Positions 38,425 through 50,372 of a stretch of 64,000 bases of DNA are shown here, piece by piece (position 1 is the stretch's first letter; each line of letters starts with the position of its first letter). The stretch lies in the NCBI GenBank assembly GCA_000182565.2, contig KQ257464.1. One strand, 5' to 3'. The notes under the pieces are model-generated. The model was not told where the DNA came from, did not search any database, and saw nothing but the letters and a program-made list of their open reading frames with translations. Source of the DNA: Spizellomyces punctatus DAOM BR117 (lineage: Eukaryota). The position numbers were made by a program, and so were the translations under genes.

Positions 38425-41400
38425 TTACAATTGCGAATCAACGGTACGAACACTACCCTCATCTCCCCCTTTCCGCACATGCATCACCGAACTCGGATCA
38501 AACATTTGGAGTGTGGTAACACCTTCATTCCTCCGTCGTCCGCCACGGAAGGCATTCACGACACCAATGGATTTAGGTACAATCCGAGCACGCTGCCACA
38601 ATTCTTCGCCGGATCGAGCAGAAAAGGTGCGTTGAGGACGAGGAGGGGGGATAGACCCATCGGGAGCTCGAAAGGCATTCACGACGCGTAATTGCATTTG
38701 CGTACGACGGATGGCAGTGTTCCATCTGTCGTTGGTCAGAGAGGGTGTCGAAGGTGGGCTCGTAAAGCTTGATGTCGATTTGGAGGGTTCCATAGGTACG
38801 AGTTCGATATCGGAATCAGGAGAGGTGCGCCAGTCGGGTAGGAGGCGGATGAGGAATCCAACGGGGAGGGAACCTGCTCCGACCGCTAAACAAATTCCCC
38901 ATTGGGCCCCTGTTAGACCGTCCGTGTGGAAAACGTCGCCTCCGAATTCAACAATGAGCGCTTGAAGGAGGACCGTTAGGGCAATGATACTGAGAAAGAT
39001 GCGGTTGTGGATGATGCCCTTGAAAATATTGACATCTATAAAGAGCCTAAGTACATGTGTTTTGCAAGAAGAAGGTACAAACACACCAAATGAAAACGCA
39101 CCTTGATCAATGGACCTCGAATTCACCTCATTAAACACTTGACAAAACACAAACGCATTAAACACAACCGTAGACGTACTCCTCCGCATCCCCGTTTCCT
39201 TATCAATACTCCCATCCGTAAACCACGTCCGTCCCCCAAAATAAAGCACCAGACACACAACAATCTGGTATATGGCTTGTCCAACAATCATGCGCGCCAT
39301 GTGGAAATTCACCAATCGTTCATTCCGACGAGATGGTTTCCGGTTCAGGAGGTCGGGTGTCGGGGGGTCCGTGGCGAGAGCAAGAGCAGCAAGGGTATCC
39401 ATAATGAGATTCACCCACAAGAGTTGGACGGCTGTGAGTGCTGACGCGGGTTTGAGCGCAGCAATCGTCGTGTAGACAGCCGTGACAATCGTAATAACGA
39501 CAGCAGACACATTGACAGTCAATTGGAATTGCAAAAACTTGCGAACAGAGTCGTAGACACTACGACCCCACAGCACAGCTTTAACAATCGACGCAAAATT
39601 GTCATCGAGAATCACGATATCACTGGCTTCTTTGGCGACTTCCGTTCCAGTAATACCCATACTGAAACCCACATCAGAGCCCTTGAGGGCCGGTGCATCG
39701 TTGGTACCATCTCCCGTCACAGCAACCGTTTCGCCGAGACGTTTCAAGTTTCGCACGAGAATTTGCTTATCAAGGGGAGAACTACGGGCAAGGACTTGCA
39801 ATTTAGGGAGAATCTCATCCATTTGAGCTTCGGTGAGACGTCGAAAGACGGGGCCTTCCATGACGATTCCATTCTCTGTCAGGATTTTACATTCAGCTGC
39901 AATCGCACGAGCCGTGGCGATATTGTCACCCGTGACCATGCGGACGGTGATACCCGCCGACATGCAAGTCCCGACAGCCGAAGGGACTTCAGGACGGACC
40001 GGGTCCATGATACCAAAGATGGCTACGAGGGTTAACCCGTATTCGTCCGTTTGGGGCCCGTCGGCTTGGGTGGGGGGCTTGTCGGATGAGAGACGCGTTG
40101 TCGATGATACGGGTTTGAAACCGGCGCAAATGGTCCGGAGGGCTTGGTTGGCAAATGTGTTGATGATTTGCTCATATTGCATTCGCTTTCCCTTGTCCAG
40201 GGGTTTAATCTTTGAGTAGAAGAATTGTCAGCAACACTCCCAATTAAAATCTGGTACATATAATAACGTACCGTTCCATCCTCGGCAAGGTAACTATCAC
40301 ACCCCTTTAGAACAATCTCTGAGGCCCCCTTGACACACAAGATGGCCCGCTTGTATTCAACCACCTCGGGCGCATCCTTCATCCCCAACCGCTCCTCAAA
40401 CGCCGCGTCATGATCTACCAACATGATCGTCGACATTCTCTTACGCTCTGAACTAAACGGCTGGATATCCACCACCGTCGTACGTTCCCGGTCGACTTTA
40501 TAGGGATACCCAAGTCCAAGCGTCAAATTGAGAATAGCAATCTCGGTCTTGTTACCGTTGAATTCGACATTTCCTTCCCTATTAACGCTTTCGCTGGCGG
40601 TCGAGTTGACATTGACGGTCCGAGCGACGAGTTGGAGGATTTGTTTCTTGTGGTCAGTGGTAAAATGGGATTTCAGTGCGTCGGGAATGTCGGTACGTGC
40701 GAATTGATGGTCGGTGATGACGCCCGCAGTGACGGTCATTTTGTTGAGCGTGAGGGTGCCCGTCTTGTCAGAGCAGATGGTGGTCGCGTTGCCTAAAGTT
40801 TAAAGAATGTCAAGCCCTTAGACAAATTGTCAAAAAAAAAAAGAAAAACACCTACCCATGGTCTCGCAGGCCGACAAGTGACGGACCAAATTCTTGTCCG
40901 CCAACATGCGAATCGTGGCATGCGCCAATGCCAAGGTGACTGCCAACGGCAACCCTTCGGGGACTGCAACCACCACCAAGGTAATAGCCGTAATAAAAAT
41001 GGCAATGACATCGTTGGCAATCTCTGAACCAGGGAGTTTCGCACCTCCTTTGGCAAAGTACGCTATAATGAGAATTACGACCATGATGGTCGCGGCCCCA
41101 ACACCAAATTTCGCAATATCATCAGCCAATTTGCCCAATTTCTCTTGGAGGGGCGTTTCTTCGGGTTCGACTTCGAGTGCAAGCATGGAGCGACCATTGA
41201 GGGAATTGACTCCGGTTGCAACGACGAGCATGCGACCCATGCCGTTGACAATTTTGGTTCCCGACAACAAGAACGGATCGTCTTTAATATCCTTGTGAAT
41301 ATTAATGGGTTCACCCGTCAAAGAGCTTTCATCCGTGTCGACATTGAATCCTTGGACGAGGACACCGTCAGCGGGGAGGACATCGCCTGTTTCAATGAGG

Positions 41401-42725
41401 CAAATGTCGCCGACGAGGAGGGAGGCTGTGGGGATTTGGATGGTTCGGCCGTCGCGAAGGACTTTGACGCCCGAGAGGGATTTGCTAAAGTCGTTGAGTT
41501 TGCGGAATTGGGCTTGTTTGCGGTAGTCGTTGACGGATGCGACGAGAACGACAATGAGGACTGTATGGGAAACAAGCGATGAGCGATGGTGAGCGAGTGA
41601 CACCGAGGAATGCCATTACCATCGACCAACAACAATGTGATCCATGCTTCCTGAGAGAGAACGATAGCAACCCAAAATCATGTCCTCTCATGGTAGACCT
41701 TCCTACCAACATACCATTGCTAACGACTCACCCAGTGGACGATGACAAGGAGCAATAGCAACCCAAAGTCATGTCCCTCATATCCCACATGGTTCAAATT
41801 GCATTCCCAGAACCCTCCGACGCGGGTTCATGCACCATCCCACCAACAAACAATTTGATCCATGCATCATGAGAATGCTCAAAATGCATTCCCAGAGCAT
41901 CGCCAAAATCATCCTACCAACACCATGCACTCCATGCACCCATCCCACAAAGTTGAAATGCATTGCCAGAGCCTTCCCACGCGGATTCATGCACCATCCC
42001 ACCAGCACAAGGTGATTCATGCACCAAGGACCAACACAACGCGATGCACGACGCGAAATCCATTCCTGTACATTCTTCTCATACATACCAGCGACAATGA
42101 TGGCAGCGCCATCGATAATGGCAAGCTTGTCATCTTCCTTTGTCAACTTATAAATGCCGACGGCGATTTCTACAGCGGCGGCAATGCAAAGCACAATGAG
42201 GGTCTTGTCCTTGAGGGCATCGAGCATAAAAGCCAAGAGGGACTTGCTGACGGGTTCAGGGAGTTTGTTGGAACCAAAAGCCTCACGACGGAGATTGCCA
42301 TCCAAAGGATCAGCAACGCGTTGTTGTTGATTAGATGCACTCTTTCCAGAAAAGACACTACTTGCTCGCTTGTTGAGACGGTGAACCAGGCTGCCCGTTT
42401 CAGCAGCATGTTCATCTGGGGCCAATGTTTGTTTCTTTGTTTGCAAGCCCGTGTGCATGTCTACTTGCAATTTCTGGAGCATGCCGTCCCTCCCCCCGAG
42501 TTGAGCATATTTCTCTGGATTCTTTGGATCCAACAGGTCGTAAATGTCGTCTGGCGTAATGCCAAACGTGTCATTGTGAGGCGTTTGTCCATGTTGCTGA
42601 TTCTTGAGATGGGGTGGATCAGTGGAATGTGATTTAGAGTCTTGCGGTGAGGGAGGCGTGAGAGGGCATGTGGATCCCAAGTCTACAGAGACATGCTCGC
42701 TAGAGCCATGGATATCGTCGGGCAT
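38425..42725 (-). CDS. PMC1: P2B-type Ca2+-ATPase (PMCA/Pmc1)
   Basis: DESSLTGE, VVAVPEGLPLAV, CSDKTGTLT, KGASE, MVTGDN, TGDGTNDAPAL and QLLWVNLIMDT. Confidence 0.95.
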
Positions 42726-42729
42726 GACA

Positions 42730-43610
42730 GTTGTGTGTGTGTGAGAGAGTTGTGTCCTGAAAGTGGGTGTTGTTGAGCAAGAGGAAACGAGCGTAAAAGA
42801 TGCAAACACCGTACTCAAAGTATGTGAATTCCTCGTTGTGTGGTGGGAATGGAATATTGTGTGTGTGTGTGTGTGTGGTATGCAAGAATGCAAGATGGAG
42901 AAGGGAGGAAAGTAAAAAGATATAAACCCCCCAATACCTAAAATACGAGGCTGTGTGATAACGTAATCATGCAACTTTATTCAATAGACATAATGCACAG
43001 TCACGCAAGAAAGAATAAAGTTTGAAAGTAAAAAATGGATATAAAATGATCATGTGATGTCATGATAGGGAAAAGGCGAGTTGATAGACAACGTGTGAGA
43101 GAGAGAAAGAGAGAGAGAGAGAGGGTAATGATTACGTACATACACTGGGAGAGTGTGAAATTCACACATTCAAATGCACATAGACAAATGCACATTCAAA
43201 TTGAGAAGAGATAGATATATATTCACATAGCGAGAAAGAGAGCAATCATACATACATACACAAGGAGTGTGAATGTGAGAGAGTGTAAGAGAGAGTGTGT
43301 GAATTCAATCATACAATCATACACACAGGGAGAGAGAGAGAGTAAAGAATCATTTCAACTGTTATTCTGTTTATATTCATTCATTCATTCTATTCATAGC
43401 GATTGCATTAGAATTCACACACAAACACACACAGAGAGAGAGAGTTTATTAAAGTTATATATTTCATTCAATCTCTCATTTACACTCACACACATCACAT
43501 GACTATTATCACGTGAGTTACTGTTACCATGACATTTCATTAATCTCTCTCTCTCCATATTCACACACGCATTGTATTAGCATCGCTTTCCTCTCTCTCC
43601 CACACTCTTT
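42730..43610. repeat. (GA)n/(GT)n/(CA)n microsatellite-rich divergent promoter region
   Basis: Multiple dinucleotide tracts between the PMC1 and uL24m start codons. Confidence 0.8.
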
Positions 43611-43623
43611 GCACATTTCAGAC

Positions 43624-44484
43624 ATGCCACCTCCAAAGTTTCGTGGGGCAAACTTTATGGTTCCCAAACGCCCCAAGATTGCTTACAAGGACCGCATTCA
43701 GGAAGGGTCATGGAAGATTCATGTTGGTGACAAGGTATTGTTACGGGTTGTATTTTTGTTTTTTACTCGACTTGTAACACACACACACACACACTACATA
43801 GGTCCAAATTGTGGGAGGGAGCATAGATGTCGGCAAACAGGGCAAGGTTGTTTCGCTCGTCAAGGAAATGAATGCAGTCATTGTAGAGGGTTGCAAAATG
43901 GTATTACCTATTGAGTGCTTTTTCAATGCGTTTTCGTTCCTGTTCTCATCCACACCATGACATTTAGGCATTCAAACACGTCAAACCCAACCCAGAACAT
44001 CCTTCTGGAGGTCGTATCCGCAAAGAACTCCCCATCTCTTATACACACGTTCAATTAATTGATCCTGCCACAAAGTATGTGTTCCCGTATTCTACGTTTG
44101 GAAGTTATCTGATTGTTGACTCGTTGATAGTCAACCCACCAAAGTCCGCCTCACGACCGTCTTTAATCCGACCAAACGACGTAAAGAAGTCTCGCGCGTG
44201 TCACTAGCCACGCAGTCTCTGATACCCGTACCAGAGGAAAAGGATGAATTCAAAGAAAAGCCTGGTGGGTTGACAACGTCCGATTTTCTCGCTTTTCTTT
44301 TTTGCCTCCCACTCTGTTTTGTCTCAATGTTGCGTCTTTAATAGAGGGACCGCTCGACACATCTGCAGACGCGGTGGCAAAAGAAACATTTACCATCAAT
44401 ATTCAACAGTGTCCGTTTCCGTCTGCGTTTATGAACGAGTTGGAGAGGATGCGACGAAAGAATCGGGAGAGTCATGCTTGTTAG
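43624..44484 (+). CDS. MRPL24: Mitochondrial ribosomal protein uL24m
   Basis: KOW motif IHVGDKVQIVGG..DVGKQGKV, then VIVEG and GGRIRKELPI...VQLIDP. Confidence 0.9.
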
Positions 44485-45045
44485 CGTCTGTCAACGCACA
44501 CATGCATAGGGAATTTGTGTGTGCGATTTAATGGCATGGGAGATTCAGTGTGTGCGATGAATCGCAAGGGAGAGGCGTGTGGAGTTTCACACGGTCAGGA
44601 CTGTACATGTTTTTCATTTTTTTTTTAATTATATTGCATGTGGACGGCAAATGGGAATGGGACATGGTTACGAATGTTGCGACAAGGAGACCACAGGTGG
44701 ACTCTCTCGTCTTTTCATTTGTTTTACTGCAATTTGCCATGATTGAATACTCATATGGAGTGCCCTGAAGATTCGTATGGTTGAACTGAACACCTATCCT
44801 CTACCAACAGAACAATGTAAATAAAAGTGCGCATTGTCCATTGTGCAAAGTTGTGTACTGCGGTGGACTATGTGAATTTGCAATGGACATTACTCTCAAG
44901 ATAAGCGTAAACAGCATCTTGTCTTAGATGCCTCCTCCCATCATTTGCAACGACCTCTGACACCCCGCACACACTTGAGCACGCATATATTACGATAAAC
45001 CATGTATGTGATATAAAGTATCAACTCAAAGCCTCTACAGTGGGA

Positions 45046-45740
45046 CTATTCCCCATGTTTGAGCACCCGAACCCATTCCCTGTAATTAAACTGTCCGTTT
45101 GCGCCAACGGGGGCCCCTTTAAACATGATATCCACCTAAAAAGCCACAAAACAAAATCAGAACCCAAAACACAAAAGGCACTTTTGCACCCCTTGACATA
45201 CCTCCTCATCCGTAAAGCGATCCCCCATAGTCGTCATATAATCCCTCAACACCTCCGCATTAATGACACCCGACTTGTTATCATCAAAACACTCAAACGC
45301 GGCTAGTATCTCATGTTCAGGATCCGTACCGCTCATTTTCTCGCCCATGAGGGTTAAAAACATTGTAAAGTTGATGGAACCGGGTGCTTCAGAGATCATA
45401 TCGTCAATGGATGATTCAGTCGGTTGTTGGCCTTTGGTACACACGGTGTGAGCATTTTTTCTGAGGGAATTTGAAAACGAAAATAGAGACACTTTACCTA
45501 GAGAAGCCAACATGTCTTTTAAATCCTCTTTATCAATAAACCCATCTGAATCATGGTCAATCATTGAAAACGCTTCCTTGAATTCTGCAATCTGTTTTTG
45601 GTCAAACATGGCAAAGACGTTTGAGTTTTGGCGGACGGCGCGCTTCTTTTTCTTTTGGGCTCTTGCAGACTGTTGTATTTGGAGGTTGCCATTAGTTTTT
45701 ACCTTTTTGTCATGCGTATGCGTATGTGTGGTCTTACCAT
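45046..45740 (-). CDS. Myosin II regulatory light chain
   Basis: [25 protein letters not shown]-hand [13 protein letters not shown] and [10 protein letters not shown]. First coding exon is only ATG (45738-45740). Confidence 0.95.
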
Positions 45741-45945
45741 GATGGTATTTGCAACTTTTTGGTAAAAAACGAACTGAAAAAACGATGAACAAGAACGAAC
45801 AAACGAACAAACAACGTCGGGAATTCAACCAACACGCGCCTCACGTAATCCCCCTTCCAATCCTTCTAGAACCCCGCATGACACACACAACGCACCAAAA
45901 AACCTCAAGTGCATTTGTCATGCCCATTCACCCATCATCAGCATA

Positions 45946-46873
45946 ATGTCCTCAACAACCCTCCGCCCCCGCCGTATCCTCCTCGGCACAACCGGCAGCG
46001 TCGCAAGCATCAAACTCCCAAAAGTTGTAACAAAACTCCGCGAAATCTACAAGGTATAAGGTGAGGTAATGTTGAATCTCGTACCGAGATGCAGTCATGC
46101 TGATATTTATTAAAGGAGGAAATCGAGATTAAAATCATTTCAACGGCACATGCTTTGCATTTTTTCAAAGTTTCGGATGTGAAGCCTGTGGAGGTTTTAA
46201 CTGATGCAGACGAATGGAAGGTAAACGCCTACCATCACACTGACATGCAAAACCTTTTTTTAACGAGTTTTTTGGTGTTTTTTTGGAAAGGCGTGGAAGA
46301 GAATATCTGACCCCGTCTTGCATATTGAAGTATGGTTGTTTTATTAACGTATAAATACACAAAATGCTGATTGGGAATTTCTAGTTGCGGAATTGGGCTG
46401 ATGCGATGGTGATTGCACCCCTTGATGCGAACACATTGGCGAAAATCGCAAATGGAATGTGTGATAATCTTTTGGTATGTATTACTCTTTTACCTTTTGT
46501 GCGTTTTTCCTTTTTTTGGTGGTCTCCTCGCTGTCTCGTCCCCACTTACCCACACACACACTAACCCCCCCTCACATCACAGACCTGCACCCTCCGCGCC
46601 TGGGACACAACAAAACCCATCATCATCTGTCCCGCAATGAACACCCACATGTGGGACCACCCCTTCACAACCCTCCACCTATCAACCTGCACAACTCTCC
46701 TAAAACACACGATCGTTTACCCAATTTCTAAAACCCTTGCGTGTGGGGATACGGGTGTAGGCGCCATGGCTGAACCGGAATCGATTGCGAAAATTGTGCA
46801 TGAGGTTGTTGAGAGGGTTTATCCTGGGAGGGATGTACGAGAGCGCGAACCGTGTTTAAAAGCTTTTGAGTAA
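45946..46873 (+). CDS. PPCDC: Phosphopantothenoylcysteine decarboxylase (Hal3/PPCDC flavoprotein)
   Basis: TGSVASIK, VLHIELR, APLDANTLAK, PAMNTHMW and LACGDTGVGAM. Confidence 0.9.
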
Positions 46874-46961
46874 AATAAAATCATTCAAAACCATCTTGTT
46901 TTTTAACTCGATATTTTTGTAAACCTGCACCAACACTCTATCCAAATCTTCTTGCGTGTGA

Positions 46962-47083
46962 GTGTACGCCATGGCTGAATCTCATCCTAATGCGAAAGTT
47001 GTTCATGAGGTTGTTGAGAGGGTTTATCCCTGGGAGAGATGTACGCGAACCGTGTTTAAAAAGCTTTTGAATAAACTAGAGAT
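46962..47083 (+). pseudogene. Degenerate duplicate of the PPCDC 3' end
   Basis: Near copy of 46756-46880 (gccatggctgaa...catgaggttgttgagagggtttatcc...cgcgaaccgtgtttaaaa) with indels. Confidence 0.85.
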
Positions 47084-47320
47084 TTATAAAGTATTGCCAA
47101 AGGGGGAAATGCCCTTTGGTGGTGAGAGACATGTGGTTTTGTTGAATATTGTGGTTTGTGGCAAGCAGTGAAAAATCTCCCAAATTCCAAAAATACAATA
47201 AAAAAAATGGGAGATTGGTATATTCATTCTCGTTCGATAAACGCACAAAAATATCTCACAAAATCCTCCACAAAAAAAACCCAACCAAAAACTTACGACT
47301 CACACCCTCCCAAAGAAAAA

Positions 47321-50168
47321 CTACCTCCTCAACCTTACAAAAAACGCATTCTTACATTCCTTACTCTCAGCCGGTAAATACTTGTCATAAAACCCCACAA
47401 TAAATTCCTCTGGTTTAAATCCCAAACGTTGATAGAGTACCTATCCACATAAAAAAACCCATTTAGTTTATGAAAATGGTGGTTTTGGGATCAAGTTAAC
47501 GTTACCATGGCTTTATTATTCGCAGAAACGTGGAGTGTCACGTCTCGTGTCCCCGCAACCTACCCACATCACAATCGTCAAAAAAATAAACAAGTAAAAC
47601 GCAAAAACAGCCATTCAACAAACATACTTGAATTAAATGAAACAACATAAACCTAAACAAAAAGTCAAAAAAACACCCAACATAATAGATGAAGAACTGA
47701 ATGGGAACTCACCTCCCAATCCCAGCAGATCCCCACCCAGGCCGAACAGCAATATACGAAATATACCCTTCAGGCGTCATGAAAGCACATCCAACAACAA
47801 CACGTTTATAAAGTGCAACGATTGAAAAATCGGGGTATAGTAAATTTTCCGAAACTATTGCAAAAAAAGAGGCATCAACACACGACACACACTCCAAAAA
47901 AAAATCCTTCAAAAACACAGAACAAAACTCACCATCAATATCCGGCCAAAACATTCTACACAACACCCCATTCACCTGCTCCAACATCCCTTTCTCCAAA
48001 TACACGTAATCAATCGACCCTTTCTCCCCACTCCACATCTCCAATACGCTTTTCCAGGGCGGGTTAGAGACTCTATCTCGCCATATATAGGGGGCAAGGA
48101 CGTGACCAGTGTATGGACTCGTACGTGGGGACCGAGAGACGAGGGTAGTGGATTTAAATGCGTCCCCATAAAGTCGAGACAAAAAGGAATGGGTATAGGA
48201 CGTGGTATGCACATTTGTAACCGCCTAACAAACATACCAATCAATACCATTCCATAAAAAACAAATCATAAAATTACCCTAAATACGCACCTTGAACCTC
48301 TCAATAGCCCTTCGGGTATCCATCCCCCTCACATTCACAACCTCCCATTTCGGACACACTGTAAACCCACCTACACGCAACCCCCTCGACACAACACCAT
48401 CTAAATCAAACAATGGGAGCCCGAGAGATCGTTTTAGGCGTCGGAGAGAGAGTTTACGGTGTAAGCGGCGGAGAGGGGGTGTTTTGGGTATGAGTCGGTT
48501 TAGGAGATGGTATTCTTCAGAGGGGGTTAGAAGTTGGGGTGGGGGGTGACGTGTAGGCTAGGCAACAAAAGAATAAATAATGGATGAATATAGCGATGCT
48601 ATTGTCGTTTTTTACACAAACCTTTTGTGGTTGTTCGACTCTCCCATCATCTTCCACTTTAACTCTTGTATCATTCTCGTCATCTTCCTCCCCTTTTTCA
48701 TCAAAACTTAATTCAACATCCGACAACTCTGACCCACTCTCAAATAAATCTTGGATGCGCGGTGGGATGGGTGTGGATGTCGAGGATGGGATGGGGGATG
48801 GGGGATGGCTTTTGGGTTGTGGGATGGTTGGTGGAGTGGGTGTGTCTGGGACCTGATGAACAATTATCAGGTTTATGTTGAGTAGGTTGTTGTACATCTT
48901 AAATGGGATGCACTGTACCTCTGGTTTAGGAGACCTCTGCTTTGGCGTAACCTACAACAAAAAACAATACATTCAATAAAAACCCCCAACATCTCCATAA
49001 AAAAAAATAAACAACAACATACATCCCCCTCTTTCTTCTTTTTTGGTTGTGGTTCCAATTTAATCGGAACCTCATCGGCTGGTGGTGTCTTGCGTTTCCG
49101 TGTCGGCTAGAATAGAAAACGAGATATCTCAGAATACACCATAAATGACCCATACTTTTTGATCCAAGCATTACTTTTCGTAGCACGGATTTCACGGGTG
49201 TCCCTTTTGAGATTATGGGAGGAGGCGGTTCATTTACCTGGAGCGTCCAAAACCCTAGACAAATCACTCATAAGTATGATACAACCCCAAAAAAATGGGA
49301 ATGGAAAACAAATACCTGGTTGTCCATACGTTTCTGTACCAGATTTGAATACCTTGCCTTGTGCAGTTGATAACACACTTGCAACGGTATTATGCCACGT
49401 CGGAGACTCTTTAAAAAAAATAAGTGTGTAAGTACATCATCCAACCAAAAAAAAATCCCCTCCTACTTGCAAAAACACAATAAAAAAAACATACTCGGTT
49501 TCCCAGGTTTGAAATACTCCCAATACATTTCCACAAAACTACATATATCCTCTTTCCACCGCACATATTCTTTCTCGGGTGTCCGTTTAAGGAGATTGTA
49601 AATAGTCAAATGCGTAATCACCTGCCTATAAAATACCTTAACATATAACACTTTTGCATTGAAAAGCGTTTTGGCGGGGAAACGTTACCAACTCATGTTG
49701 GACCGAGTAAACAGTTGTGTACCATTATTACAGACCGAGCATGTAAACGTATAGAAAACGTCACCGGCAAGAAGAGGCTTTGGGAGGCATTTAACGCAAT
49801 CTACCAATCGATACTTTTTTAAAAAAACAACTCTTCAACGCATTTCAAATACACAAGAACATACTTGAATGAAATAATTGTCGACAGGAAGAACATGCCA
49901 ACATGGCCTCAACCCTACTCCAAAAAAACCAAAAAAAATCAAACAACCCTTCCATAAAATAGACAAAATACGATACTCACACCCCCTTATTCTTCCCACA
50001 ATAACAATATATCCCCTCTTTATTCGCCGAATGGTCGTCGAGCCATGTCAGTGCTTGCAACTATAGTCAATCAGCTCAAATTGCATTTATTGAGCGAGTA
50101 TGAGGAGGCGTTCGTACCTCGTAGGGTAGGGATGTGAGTGTCGGTGTGTCGGTCTTTGATTTCGGCAT
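47321..50168 (-). CDS. KAT14: CSRP2BP/KAT14 (ATAC2)-like GNAT acetyltransferase with an N-terminal PHD-like zinc finger
   Basis: N-terminal CYCG...CSSCRQLFH...GDVFYTFTCSVC. C-terminal FWPDIDVSENLLYPDFSIVALYK...YISYIAV...AGIG..MLFHLIQ...DVTLHVSANN...FYDKY closely follows the KAT14 GNAT domain. Confidence 0.85.
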
Positions 50169-50372
50169 GTCATGTAGAGTTGCAATGGGTAATTCTGTGT
50201 GATCTCTTGTAAAGGTCGGTGTTGTCGGGTGAGACTCCGCAGTCACGGCGCCATATGCTTACGTGGGCTTACGATATCCGATTGGGGAGAAAAGTCCAGA
50301 GGGATCTCATTGGAGATACATGCGAGTGAGGGGATTAATGAACGGGAAGCAGTTAAATATATCTTCTATATA

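Noticed and set aside
41862-42632. 256-aa plus-strand ORF antisense to PMCA
   Set aside because: Shadow of PMCA exon 1 and the repetitive intron, with no recognisable domain.
43040-43510. Short inverted repeats in the PMC1/uL24m spacer as MITE ends
   Set aside because: Matches of 11-12 bp are expected within GT/CA microsatellite sequence, and no target-site duplication was seen.
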